The translations under genes were made by a program, and so were the position numbers. This document shows, piece by piece, positions 51,739-61,342 of a stretch of DNA of 64,000 bases. The notes beneath the pieces were generated by a model. It did no database searches. It saw only the letters and a list, made by a program, of their open reading frames with translations, and was not told where the DNA came from. Every line of letters begins with the position of its first letter. Positions within the stretch are counted from its first letter, which is position 1. The stretch comes from Candidatus Saccharimonadota bacterium. Lineage in GTDB: Bacteria; Patescibacteriota; Saccharimonadia; Saccharimonadales; Saccharimonadaceae. The stretch lies in the NCBI GenBank assembly GCA_017613135.1, contig JAGAEN010000018.1, positions 956 to 64,955 of the forward strand, written 5' to 3'.

Positions 51739-52583
51739 TCTTGGCTCCTTTTTTGGCAGTGTGGGCAGAGATGAGTGCCACGACCGGCGACTTTGATTTT
51801 AATAAGTTTAGTGCCACAATGCGGGCAAGGTTGGCCTTCTCTTCTAAAAACGTTGGCAAATAATTCTAAATAGTCGCCGGTCGTGCCGTCGGCCTTGACG
51901 TAGGTCGCCATAGTGGAGCCGCCAGAAGCGATGGATTTTTCCATTACGTCTTTTGCATTTTTAATGATGAGTGCGGCTTCATTTCTAGTGATAGTACCAC
52001 ATTTTCGCTCGGGATGAATGTGACTCAAGAAAAGTGCTTCATCGGCATAAATATTACCGAGACCACAAATGATGGTCTGGTCTAAAATGGTCGGCTTGAT
52101 GCAGGAATTTTTATGGTGCTGTAATTTTTCATATAGTTCATCTACTGTAATGGTCCAAGGCTCGGGGGCGAGTTTTTTAATAAAGGCGTCGCTCTCCACT
52201 TCTTTTGTGGGAAGAGCCTTGATAAAGCCAAATTTGCGCTGGTCATTAAAATAAAGGGTGCCGTCGTCAAATTCTAGTATAACTCTGGTCTGTTTGTTGG
52301 GGAGTTTGGCAGTAAAATTGTCGCTCGGGTGGCCGGCGGCATAACGCTCCTTGCCGTCATAGATCAGCTGGCCAGTCATGCGAAGGTGAATCATTAAGGA
52401 ATTATGGTTATCTAGGTCAATTATTAAGGCTTTGCCGAAGCGGCGAATATCTTTCACTGTGCCAGTAACTGGCGCACCAATAAAAGATTTGTCACACAAA
52501 ATCGTGGTCTTTACCAATTTCTTTTTTACAATAAATTGGCTAAGACCACGTCTGATTGTTTCTACCTCTGGTAACTCTGGCAT
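51735..52583 (-). CDS. mutM: Formamidopyrimidine-DNA glycosylase
   Basis: MPELPEVE N-terminus and a C-terminal zinc finger CPHCGTKL...CPHCQ. Confidence 0.92.
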   Translation of the reverse strand: MPELPEVETIRRGLSQFIVKKKLVKTTILCDKSFIGAPVTGTVKDIRRFGKALIIDLDNHNSLMIHLRMTGQLIYDGKERYAAGHPSDNFTAKLPNKQTRVILEFDDGTLYFNDQRKFGFIKALPTKEVESDAFIKKLAPEPWTITVDELYEKLQHHKNSCIKPTILDQTIICGLGNIYADEALFLSHIHPERKCGTITRNEAALIIKNAKDVMEKSIASGGSTMATYVKADGTTGDYLELFANVFRREGQPCPHCGTKLIKIKVAGRGTHLCPHCQKRSQE

Positions 52584-52600
52584 ACGCCTATTATATCATA

Positions 52601-53038
52601 TCAGTGGGCGTAGGCGACGTTTTGCTCCATGGCCTGAGTTTCGAGGGCGGCCAAACGGGCAGCGTCGTCGATAGCGGAATTCACAGAGTGCTTGACGCGA
52701 GCCTTTTCCTCGGCTTTTTTGGCGTCGTTCCAGCGGTCCAAAGTGCCAACTAAGTAGCCAGTGATGCGGCGGAGGCGCTCAAATTTGCCTTCGTCAAAAT
52801 ACTCAGCATATTGATCAAAATATTCTTTGGCAGCTTTCTCGCCTTTTTTCTCGGCAATGAGCTTCATGCCTACTTCAACAAGGCAAGAAACGTGCATTGT
52901 TTCGTATTGTTCGAAATCTTCGAGAGCTTTTTCGGCTTCTTTTTCGGAAATCTTGGCATACTGATTTAAGGATTTCACGAAGCGCTTGATATCGAAGGTC
53001 TCGGCGTCATTCGGATTTTTGTAAATAATTTTCTTCAT
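52601..53038 (-). CDS. Stand-alone protein with NrdD-type glycyl-radical C-terminal motif
   Basis: RRITGYLVGTLDRWNDAKKAEEKARVKH closely matches my recollection of the E. coli NrdD C-terminus, RRVCGYLGSPDARPFNAGKQEEVKRRVKH. Only about 145 aa, with no catalytic barrel. Start set at MKKIIYK. Confidence 0.5.
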   Translation of the reverse strand: MKKIIYKNPNDAETFDIKRFVKSLNQYAKISEKEAEKALEDFEQYETMHVSCLVEVGMKLIAEKKGEKAAKEYFDQYAEYFDEGKFERLRRITGYLVGTLDRWNDAKKAEEKARVKHSVNSAIDDAARLAALETQAMEQNVAYAH

Positions 53039-53167
53039 GGTTTTCTTTCTGTCCCATCTTGGACTTATGTTTTTAAGCATTACCTGAAATGTATTATAGA
53101 CGCTAGATGTAGTGGTGTCAAGTAGTTTTTTGACACTATATGTGGAAAAGTCGACGATTTTTCGAAT

Positions 53168-55630
53168 TTACAACTCGCCCCAATTTTTGCCAATGGTGAC
53201 TTCAACGGCGAGTTTGATTTGAAGCTCGGGAGCGACAGATTCCATTTTTTGTTTTAGAATTTCGGCGACTTTATCGGCAAGGTTTTCGTCACATTCGGCG
53301 ATAAGCGAATCATGAATTTGCATAACTAATTCGGCGCCTTCTGGCAGAGCCTGATCGACTTGAATCATGGCACGCTTCATGAGGTCGGCTTCAGTGCCCT
53401 GGATTGGCATATTCATCGCAGCACGCTCGGCGGCTTGGCGAATTACAAAATTGGACGATTTGACATCGGGTGTAGGACGGCGACGACCGTAATAGGTTTC
53501 AACATAACCTTCTTCCCTGGCCTGCCGCAAAATTTGGTCCAACTTTTCTTTGATGGGAGCGCGAAGTTTGAAATAATTGTCGATAAATTGCTTGGCCTCC
53601 GCTATTGGCATATCGGCGGCTTCGGATAAACCTTTGACGCTCATACCGTATAAAATCCCAAAATTGACGACTTTAGCGGCGCGACGCTGGTCCTTTGTCA
53701 CCTCATCAAATGGGACATGGAAGGCCTCGGAAGCCGTCTTGGTGTGAATATCAATGTCGTGATTGAAATCGTCGATGAGATTTTGATCGCCACTTAAAAT
53801 GGCGGCGAGGCGAAGCTCAAACTGCGAATAATCAGCAGAGACGAGAACTTTGTGCTCGGGCGCGATAAAGCCGGTACGGATGCGTTTGCCGGCGTCAGTG
53901 CGGACAGGAATATTTTGGAGATTGGGGTCTTTGGAACTTAGGCGGCCGGTAGCGGTAACATTTTGCGTGAAAGTGGTGTGAATGCGACTGTTCGAATCGG
54001 CGAGATCTGGTATAGGAATAATATAAGTGGAAAGAAGCTTGGCGGCTTCGCGATATTCGATAATTTTAGCAATAATTGGGTGAAGATTTTTTAGTTTATC
54101 TAGTTCTTTGGCGCCGGTGGAATAGCCGCGGGAAGTTTTTTTGATGCCTTTAGTGGGAAGTCTTAAATCGACAAAGAGAATCTCGGAAAGTTGAATGGGT
54201 GAATTTAGGTTGAATTCTTTGCCGGCAAGTTTATAAACTTCTTGTTCAAGACGGCGGACTTCGGCGGTAAATTCTTTTTGTAAGTTTTTGAAATAATCTC
54301 GGTCGATTAGCATGCCCTTTTCTTCCATTTTGTAGAGAATGGGGATGAGGGGTAAATCGTAGTCTATATATATATTATATAGTCTTGGGTAATTTTTAAA
54401 TTCGGCTAGTTGTTTTTGGTATTCTTCTTCGGGGACGACGAGTTGCGGGACATCTCTTGCCAGAGGGTCTAATAAAAAGGCGGCTTGAGACAAATCCCAA
54501 AACTTCTTTTTGCCCGTCAAAATACTTTCGGCAACTCTCTTATTATTGTGCATCAAATCTTTAATATTCCAATCAATGAGAAGTGCATCTCTGGGCGGGT
54601 CCTGCCGGACCTTCTCCTCCCCCACTTCGCTTACGTTCAGCGGGGGGCCCCCTCCAGGTCCGTCACCCGCCCGTGTAACATGCGCGTCGAGAACATTTTT
54701 GCCCTTTCCAGAGCCGTCACCCGCCCGTGTAGCCCTGGGCTGCCGCGCTCCGTAGTTCCTCGAAAACTCCATTCCGTCATCTATCTTTCTGATAAGAGAG
54801 TTGAACTGGAGTTTTTTGAGGCCGGAGATGATTTTTTCTTTGTCAAATGAAAAGTCGAGGAGGGCGGAGAGATTAAGGGGAGCGTCGAACATAATCTTAG
54901 CTAATTTTTTCGAGAGGTAGGCAGAATCTTTGCCGGCTTCAAGCTTGGTTTTAGTGGAACCACTAATGTTATCTATATTATTATATATATTATCTAGGGT
55001 GCCATAGTCGTTCAAAAGTTTTACGGCGGTCTTTTCACCGATGCCGGGGACACCGGGGATGTTATCAGAAGAGTCGCCTTTTAAAGCTTTTAAATCAAGA
55101 AATTGAGATTTTTTGATACCGTATTTTGCTTCGAGCTCGGGGACGTTGATTTTTTCGATATTGGAAAAGCCTTTCAAAATGCGCCACATATGGGTATTGT
55201 CGTCTACGATTTGAAGCATATCGAGATCGGAAGAGATGATAAAAGTCTCGTAATCGCCGGCCTCGTCGGCTTCACGGCTCAAAGTGCCGATAATGTCATC
55301 GGCTTCGTAATTGTCTAACTCAACAAAATCCCAGCCGAGGTCGTGAATTAGCTCTTTTAGTAGCGGAATTTGGGTGTAGAAGTCTTCGCCCGGCTTTACG
55401 CGACCGGCTTTGTACTCTGGATAGAGAGCACGACGCTTGGAGACGGAAGTCTTGGAGTCCCAGGCTACTACGACTTTGGTGGGGTTTAGCTTTTTTACAA
55501 TCTCCATTGCAATGGCGGCAAAACCATACACTCCGCCAGTAGGTGTACCATCGGGAAGTGACAGGGCGCCCATAGCATAATAGCCCCGATAGAAGACTGA
55601 TTTGCCGTCGATAATTACTAGGCGCTTCAT
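53168..55630 (-). CDS. polA: DNA polymerase I with GC-rich in-frame insertion in the inter-domain linker
   Basis: 5' nuclease domain, plus Pol A motifs DYSQFELR and QIHDS. Start at MKRLVIIDG (ATG 55630), 1 nt after the upstream stop. Confidence 0.93.
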   Translation of the reverse strand: MKRLVIIDGKSVFYRGYYAMGALSLPDGTPTGGVYGFAAIAMEIVKKLNPTKVVVAWDSKTSVSKRRALYPEYKAGRVKPGEDFYTQIPLLKELIHDLGWDFVELDNYEADDIIGTLSREADEAGDYETFIISSDLDMLQIVDDNTHMWRILKGFSNIEKINVPELEAKYGIKKSQFLDLKALKGDSSDNIPGVPGIGEKTAVKLLNDYGTLDNIYNNIDNISGSTKTKLEAGKDSAYLSKKLAKIMFDAPLNLSALLDFSFDKEKIISGLKKLQFNSLIRKIDDGMEFSRNYGARQPRATRAGDGSGKGKNVLDAHVTRAGDGPGGGPPLNVSEVGEEKVRQDPPRDALLIDWNIKDLMHNNKRVAESILTGKKKFWDLSQAAFLLDPLARDVPQLVVPEEEYQKQLAEFKNYPRLYNIYIDYDLPLIPILYKMEEKGMLIDRDYFKNLQKEFTAEVRRLEQEVYKLAGKEFNLNSPIQLSEILFVDLRLPTKGIKKTSRGYSTGAKELDKLKNLHPIIAKIIEYREAAKLLSTYIIPIPDLADSNSRIHTTFTQNVTATGRLSSKDPNLQNIPVRTDAGKRIRTGFIAPEHKVLVSADYSQFELRLAAILSGDQNLIDDFNHDIDIHTKTASEAFHVPFDEVTKDQRRAAKVVNFGILYGMSVKGLSEAADMPIAEAKQFIDNYFKLRAPIKEKLDQILRQAREEGYVETYYGRRRPTPDVKSSNFVIRQAAERAAMNMPIQGTEADLMKRAMIQVDQALPEGAELVMQIHDSLIAECDENLADKVAEILKQKMESVAPELQIKLAVEVTIGKNWGEL
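54590..54770 (-). repeat. GC-rich in-frame insert in polA with internal 18-nt direct repeat
   Basis: ccgtcacccgcccgtgta occurs at 54660-54677 and 54714-54731. Palindromes ggtcctgccggacc and ggggggccccc are present. Encodes ...ATRAGDGSGKG...VTRAGDGPGGGPP... Confidence 0.55.
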
Positions 55631-55631
55631 A

Positions 55632-56069
55632 TTAGAATCCGATGTACTCGCGCCCAATTTTGCGCGAAATTAAACTTTTAATCGTGGCGAGAATCTTGGG
55701 TTTCTCACGACAGGCGCCGAGTTCGCAAAGCTCAATAGTATCGTCGTCATACCGAAGCCCGGTAGTGTTGACATTGTCGTAAATCATCACGGCACGATTA
55801 ACGGTGTTTTTATCAGTGCTCTCGTCTTCGACAACGATTTTGTCATCATAAACATAATATCTAGTCCTAACATTGCTACCTTCGATATAATTATCGGTGA
55901 CAGAAAAACGGTAACCTTCAGGAACGGCGGCGGAAACTTCGCCATTTAAGGTGCTAATAAAGGTATATATTAATATACTAATACAGAGAGCACCTAGACC
56001 CCACAGAGTGTAGCGCATCCAATTGCCCTTTTTGTAAGCTACATTGGAAAGATTAGCAATGTCCGTCAA
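55632..56069 (-). CDS. Hypothetical N-terminally anchored protein
   Basis: 145 aa with one TM helix (LWGLGALCISILIYTFI). Confidence 0.45.
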   Translation of the reverse strand: MTDIANLSNVAYKKGNWMRYTLWGLGALCISILIYTFISTLNGEVSAAVPEGYRFSVTDNYIEGSNVRTRYYVYDDKIVVEDESTDKNTVNRAVMIYDNVNTTGLRYDDDTIELCELGACREKPKILATIKSLISRKIGREYIGF

Positions 56070-56626
56070 AACTCAATCTCCTTTAAAATTTCGTCGAGGC
56101 GTTTCTCGCTGTCGGCGATAGTGCCATTATTTAGAACATAATAATCAGCGGCGGCAATAGGGCCACCTTTTTCGAGATTTTCGATTTCGCTGCGGTCACG
56201 TTCGCGCACCTCGGCCCCATTAAAAGCGCGAATTGGACGCTTGGCGACTCTGCCATAACGAATTTCCTTGTCGGTGACTATGGCAACAAAGGTGAGATTT
56301 TTGGGAAATTCGTGTTTTAAAATCTTGTACTCAGTCCAGGAATAGACGCCGTCTAGGACAATGCGCTTCTGGCCGGCTGAAATTAAATCTTTGGTCTCGG
56401 CGATGACTTGGCGGACAACCCAGTCCTTGCCTTCTTTTTCGCGAATCATCTCGCGAAAAATCTTTTCGTTTTCTGCGGTGATTTCGATACCACGTTTTTC
56501 CATTTCTTTTAAAATCATACCGCCGAAATAGACTCTCGGATAACCTTTGCTAGTGAGGTAATCTACCGCGACGGATTTGCCGCTGCCGCTCATCCCGACG
56601 ATGGCTAAAATTTTCACATTGTCCAT
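56066..56626 (-). CDS. P-loop nucleotide kinase (CoaE/UPF0200-like)
   Basis: GMSGSGKS Walker A near the N-terminus. 186 aa. TGCTATAAT (56634-56642) lies 7 nt from the ATG. Confidence 0.55.
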   Translation of the reverse strand: MDNVKILAIVGMSGSGKSVAVDYLTSKGYPRVYFGGMILKEMEKRGIEITAENEKIFREMIREKEGKDWVVRQVIAETKDLISAGQKRIVLDGVYSWTEYKILKHEFPKNLTFVAIVTDKEIRYGRVAKRPIRAFNGAEVRERDRSEIENLEKGGPIAAADYYVLNNGTIADSEKRLDEILKEIEF

Positions 56627-56644
56627 AAAAATTATTATAGCATA

Positions 56645-57451
56645 TTAGTCTAAGACGGAAGTGAGATACTTGATTTTGGCGTCGCGGCGGGCGTCATCGT
56701 CGTTTTTGGGTAGACTATCGCGCGAAGAGTAGTCGGCGAAAATTTGAAGTGAATTCTTGATTGGGCCATCATAGATAGGTGGCTTATCGTAAACACTCCA
56801 GAGAATGATGCGGGTGTCGGGAGAATTGGTGACGTAGTATTCGAGGGCCTTGGAAGTGGCGCGGATAAATTCAAGTTCTGTTTCCCTGCTATGGCGCCAG
56901 GCACGGCCGGAGAGATATTTTTCGGTGACGGTAGGCGAGATAGCAATCATTAAAATAAAAAACTTGTAATTTTCAGTTTTTAACATTTTGAGAAGAATGG
57001 CTTCCATCTCGGGGTCGAGCAGGGTCACATCGAGAATAATATCGTAGCCACCTTTAATGAGTTCTGAAAGAGTGAGAAAAAGCATAATGGTAGAGAATTC
57101 GTCGGTGAGTTTACGGACGTTTTCGTCGCCGTAATATTCTTTGATTTCCTGGTAATGGGGGTGATATTCAACGAAGCGACGGGCGGCCATTAGGATAGGT
57201 GAGTAATTATGCTTCTCACAATATGCTTCGACGGCGGGGAGAATTTGGGTGGTCTTGCCGGAGCCGGAAAGGCCGGCAATACGAATAAGATGATGATTTT
57301 TAGTGGCGGCGAGAGTGAAATCTTCTAGGGCCTTATTTAAAATAGCGGGGTATTCGGCGAGACCGACTTGCCACTCAGGCTTCACCGTGGAAGGCCAGTG
57401 CGACTTCATATATTTAATGATTTGTTCTAATTCTCGATGACTTTCAGGCAT
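56645..57451 (-). CDS. P-loop kinase, zeta-toxin/AAA_33-like
   Basis: IRIAGLSGSGKTT Walker A about 55 aa from the N-terminus, with a zeta-toxin-like layout. Assignment is tentative. Confidence 0.45.
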   Translation of the reverse strand: MPESHRELEQIIKYMKSHWPSTVKPEWQVGLAEYPAILNKALEDFTLAATKNHHLIRIAGLSGSGKTTQILPAVEAYCEKHNYSPILMAARRFVEYHPHYQEIKEYYGDENVRKLTDEFSTIMLFLTLSELIKGGYDIILDVTLLDPEMEAILLKMLKTENYKFFILMIAISPTVTEKYLSGRAWRHSRETELEFIRATSKALEYYVTNSPDTRIILWSVYDKPPIYDGPIKNSLQIFADYSSRDSLPKNDDDARRDAKIKYLTSVLD

Positions 57452-58353
57452 ACATCTCCTTTTTTAATTTCAATTTTTTTGACGTTTTTAAAGGTTTCGC
57501 TTTCGCCTTCGGCTTGGAGGGTGATGGTGGAAGGTTCCGTGAACTCTAGAGTGTCGCCAGTAGTAGGTGAACCCGGAATGCGAGAAAGAATGCTTTTTGA
57601 CATAAGTTTAAAAAGACGGAAAAAGTTGGTCAGGCGATCAGTCTCGCTACGGAAAAACTTGGGGTCGTGGTAGTCATCTCTTCCCTTCATCACACGGGCC
57701 ATTGAGCGACCATTGACAGCGGCATAGTCAGAAGTTTTCTTATGCTGGCGGATGCCGTTCAGGCTGAACTCGGGCAAAATACATTCACGGCGATGTTTAA
57801 AATACCATTTCATAAGTTCGGTATAAGAACTGATTTTGCGGCCGAAACTCTTTTTTAATTTCTTTCGCATCTTGGGGCTATTATAAATATCGACGGCTTT
57901 TGCGGTCATTCCGATGGTCACGTAGCAGGTGGCGTAGCGCCAATGCTTGCCATTTATAATAATACTTAATGGATATAAACTATTAATTTGTTTATTATCA
58001 ATAATATCTTCTAGTTGTTTGGTCCGAAGGGTGCGAGCAAGGTCGTTGAAGTTGCCGTAGGGGAGGGCGGCGAGAAAGGCGGATTTTTGGGATTCGATAA
58101 TCGCGTTTGAGGCGATAATGCCGGTGGCATCGCCGCCAGCGGAGAGGATGAGGTCGTCGTCCTTTATAATTTTGGCAAGTTTATTAATGTTGTCGTTTAG
58201 ATTGGTGGGGGCGACTTCGTATTTGCCAATCATATAGCCCTTTAATTCTCTTGTGCGTGAAAGTACGTCACGTTTAACCTCGGCGTAACGAGAAGAGCGA
58301 GGGTTGTAAACGATAATTAGACGATTCATTTTGAATAGCCTGGTAATAGCCAA
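57427..58353 (-). CDS. Diacylglycerol/lipid kinase catalytic-domain protein (DAGK_cat, YegS-like)
   Basis: IIVYNPRS...; the GGDAT motif corresponds to GGDGT. Confidence 0.6.
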   Translation of the reverse strand: MAITRLFKMNRLIIVYNPRSSRYAEVKRDVLSRTRELKGYMIGKYEVAPTNLNDNINKLAKIIKDDDLILSAGGDATGIIASNAIIESQKSAFLAALPYGNFNDLARTLRTKQLEDIIDNKQINSLYPLSIIINGKHWRYATCYVTIGMTAKAVDIYNSPKMRKKLKKSFGRKISSYTELMKWYFKHRRECILPEFSLNGIRQHKKTSDYAAVNGRSMARVMKGRDDYHDPKFFRSETDRLTNFFRLFKLMSKSILSRIPGSPTTGDTLEFTEPSTITLQAEGESETFKNVKKIEIKKGDVCLKVIEN

Positions 58354-58703
58354 GTAAGGAGTGCGGCAATTAAGGCATAGGCTGCTAGACCGATGATAAT
58401 TTCAAAAATGCGACGCTTGGACTTTTTGACTTGATCTTCGTTGTCGCCGGCAGTAAGATACTGCACGCCGGAAATCACAATACCGATAGTAGCAAGAATA
58501 CCAATGCCGGCGGTCATAATGGGGATGACTGTGTCTTTTAGAATACTGGTGATGGAAGAACCTTTACCGTCATCACAAGAACAGCCGTTCTCTCCGAGAA
58601 TGGAAGTTGGCACACAACCTTTTGGACAATCAGCAAAAACTGGTGCGGATAACAACATGCCGCAAGTAAAGATTGCGAGAATGCTGAATAAAAATCTTTT
58701 CAT
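58326..58703 (-). CDS. Type IV secretion pilin-like (TrbC/VirB2-type) small membrane protein
   Basis: Signal peptide, a Cys-rich segment, then two TM helices flanking YLTAGDNEDQVKKSKRRI. Confidence 0.5.
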   Translation of the reverse strand: MKRFLFSILAIFTCGMLLSAPVFADCPKGCVPTSILGENGCSCDDGKGSSITSILKDTVIPIMTAGIGILATIGIVISGVQYLTAGDNEDQVKKSKRRIFEIIIGLAAYALIAALLTWLLPGYSK

Positions 58704-58710
58704 ATTACTC

Positions 58711-59685
58711 CTACTTTAAATATTCGTGTAGTTTTTTGGTATCTTTGTTCTTGCGAAGTTTCGAAAGTGCTTTGGCCTCAATCTGGCGGATGCGCTCACG
58801 GGTGACATCAAATTCGTTGCCGACTTCTTCAAGGGTATGCGGGCGGCCACCTCCAATACCAAAGCGGAGGCGAATAATCTTCTGTTCGCGATCGGTAAGG
58901 GTGGCGATGATTTCGGATAATTGCTCTTTTAAGATTTGATTGGCGGCGGAGTCTTCGGGACTATCGCGCTCCTCGTCTTCGACAAAATCACCAAGTACGG
59001 AATCCTCGTCGTCGCCTTCGCGACCGATGGAAGCGTCAAGCGAGGCGATGTCTTGTTTAATCCGCATCACGTAATCAATCTTTTCTGGCTCCATGCCAAG
59101 TTCTTCGGCGATTTCTTCGTTAGTAGGTTCACGATTCAATTCGGAAGTAAGCTTGCGGGTAGTGCGGAGTACTTTATTAATGGTTTCGACCATGTGTACT
59201 GGAATACGAATAGTGCGGGCTTGGTCGGCGATAGCACGAGTAATGGCCTGACGCACCCACCAAGTTGCGTAGGTCGAGAATTTGAAACCTTTGTCTGGGT
59301 CGAATTTCTCTACTGCACGAAGTAGTCCGGTATTCCCTTCTTGAATTAAATCAAGAAAATCTAAACCACGACCACCGTAACGCTTGGCGATGGACACCAC
59401 AAGACGCATGTTGCTTTCAACCATTTTGTCCTTGGCTTTTTTGTCACCCTTCACGATACGAGCAGCAAGATCAGCTTCTTCTTCGGGAGTGAGGAGAGGA
59501 ATTTTGCCAATTTCACGAAGATACAGTCTCACGGAGTCGTCAGCAAAGGCGTCAACATTATCGGCCGTAATAGCAAGCTCTTCGTCGCTAAACTCTTCTT
59601 CGTTTTCTAATTCGTCACGCTCTGGCTCATCAAAATCAAAAGCCAAATCTTTCGCGTTCAAAATATTATCTTTATTTGAATCCAT
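58711..59685 (-). CDS. rpoD: RNA polymerase sigma factor RpoD (compact)
   Basis: Regions 1.2 through 4, including [33 protein letters not shown], and related motifs. Confidence 0.93.
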   Translation of the reverse strand: MDSNKDNILNAKDLAFDFDEPERDELENEEEFSDEELAITADNVDAFADDSVRLYLREIGKIPLLTPEEEADLAARIVKGDKKAKDKMVESNMRLVVSIAKRYGGRGLDFLDLIQEGNTGLLRAVEKFDPDKGFKFSTYATWWVRQAITRAIADQARTIRIPVHMVETINKVLRTTRKLTSELNREPTNEEIAEELGMEPEKIDYVMRIKQDIASLDASIGREGDDEDSVLGDFVEDEERDSPEDSAANQILKEQLSEIIATLTDREQKIIRLRFGIGGGRPHTLEEVGNEFDVTRERIRQIEAKALSKLRKNKDTKKLHEYLK

Positions 59686-59700
59686 TATTAGTAATTATAA

Positions 59701-61341
59701 TCATTTTTGAGATTTTTGCAAGGCGTTAATCTCACGAATAAGGTCATCGTACTTAGCGTCGTCCTCGTTTAGGGTGGCGAGTTTTTCGGTCAGTTCGGCG
59801 ATTTTTTGTTTGTTTAATTCTTTCTCGTAGCGCTTTAACAGCTCGGCGGCTTCTTTTTCGTAGTTTGGAGATTTGATGCCTTCGTGGTCGTTATTAAAAA
59901 CTAGTTCTAGCTCGTCAATTCTGACTTCGTCTTCGGGAACTTCTAAGGGTATGTCGGTCTTTGTTATGCCGCCAAAAAGCTTGAGGGCAAGGAGGCTGTT
60001 TTCAAGTTTCTTGATGTGTTCTGGGACAACGGTGGTTTGAGGTTTTTTGAGATAGCGGTGGGAGGCGGCCTGTTCTAGTTTTTGATTCAGGCGGTCGCCT
60101 TTTTCGCGGAGGATTTTAACTTCCACGCCGAGCCTTGAGGCGACTTTTTCTTCGTAGGTGGCGCGTTCGACTTCGTCTTTCACATAGGATAGGAGTTTTA
60201 AAGCGATATCGGAATATTTTTTCTTGTCGGGAGCGGAGCGGAGATTTAAGTTTTCCTCGTATTTATTTAGGAGCCAGTCGACGGCGGGGACGCGCTCTTC
60301 TACGGCTTGCTGCCAGAGAGCAGGATCTTTTTGAATGAGTTCGTCAGGGTCTTTGGCGCCGTGGTAATTTGAAATCACAGTGAGCTCGATGCCGAGGTCG
60401 CCGGCGAGCATAATGGCGCGTTCGGTGGCTTTGATGCCGGCAGCGTCACCGTCGTAAGCGAGGCGAATGTCGGAAGTGAGTTTAGAAAGCGTTTTTAGAT
60501 GCTGCTCGGTCATTGCGGTGCCAGAAGTCGCGACAGCTTCTTTCACACCAGCCTGATGGGAAGAAATTACGTCCATATTGCCTTCGACAATTACCACAAA
60601 GCCACTGCGGCGAATGGCTTCTTTGGCGTTATAAAGTCCAAAAATAAAGCGAGATTTATTAAAGAGTAAAGTCTCTGGTGTGTTTAAATATTTCGGCTCG
60701 GATTTATCAAGCACGCGGGCGGTGAAACCGATAATGCTACCGCCGGTGTCGATAAAGGGGACCATCATACGATTTTTGAAAAGGTCGGATTTGTATTGAT
60801 TTAAGAGCCCGGCATCGTCTAATTCCCTTTCGGTGAAGCCGCGTTTTTCGAGAGCGGTGCGGAGAGCTTTTCCTGAAGCGGGTGAGTACCCGATTTGAAA
60901 TTCCGAGATGGTGCCACGATTCATATGGCGCTTATAAAAGACATAGTCACGCGCGGGCTCGCTTCTCACTAGACAGGCTTGGTAGTATTTAGTGGCGAGT
61001 CCTAAGGCCTCTTTCAAACGGAGCTTTTTCTTGGTGATGTTAGGATTACCGCCACGATATTTCGAGAGGTCGACACCGGCCTTTTCGGCGAGTTTTTCGA
61101 GAGCTTCTTTGAAACTTAGACCTTCGACCTCCATCACGAAGGTAAAAATATCGCCACCCTTGTTGGCAGAAAAATCGTGCCAGATGCCTTTTTCGGGCGA
61201 GACCATAAAGGAAGGGGTCTTATCGACACCCCATGGCGAGTGACCTTTTAAGTTTCGGCCGGCCCGCTTTAACTCCACATATTGCCCGACTACATCCTCC
61301 ACCGCGAGACGAGATTTGATTTCTTCTTTCGCGTCGTTCAT
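59701..61341 (-). CDS. dnaG: DNA primase
   Basis: TOPRIM segment VVIVEGNMDV. The N-terminal zinc-binding region is divergent. Confidence 0.9.
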   Translation of the reverse strand: MNDAKEEIKSRLAVEDVVGQYVELKRAGRNLKGHSPWGVDKTPSFMVSPEKGIWHDFSANKGGDIFTFVMEVEGLSFKEALEKLAEKAGVDLSKYRGGNPNITKKKLRLKEALGLATKYYQACLVRSEPARDYVFYKRHMNRGTISEFQIGYSPASGKALRTALEKRGFTERELDDAGLLNQYKSDLFKNRMMVPFIDTGGSIIGFTARVLDKSEPKYLNTPETLLFNKSRFIFGLYNAKEAIRRSGFVVIVEGNMDVISSHQAGVKEAVATSGTAMTEQHLKTLSKLTSDIRLAYDGDAAGIKATERAIMLAGDLGIELTVISNYHGAKDPDELIQKDPALWQQAVEERVPAVDWLLNKYEENLNLRSAPDKKKYSDIALKLLSYVKDEVERATYEEKVASRLGVEVKILREKGDRLNQKLEQAASHRYLKKPQTTVVPEHIKKLENSLLALKLFGGITKTDIPLEVPEDEVRIDELELVFNNDHEGIKSPNYEKEAAELLKRYEKELNKQKIAELTEKLATLNEDDAKYDDLIREINALQKSQK

Positions 61342-61342
61342 A

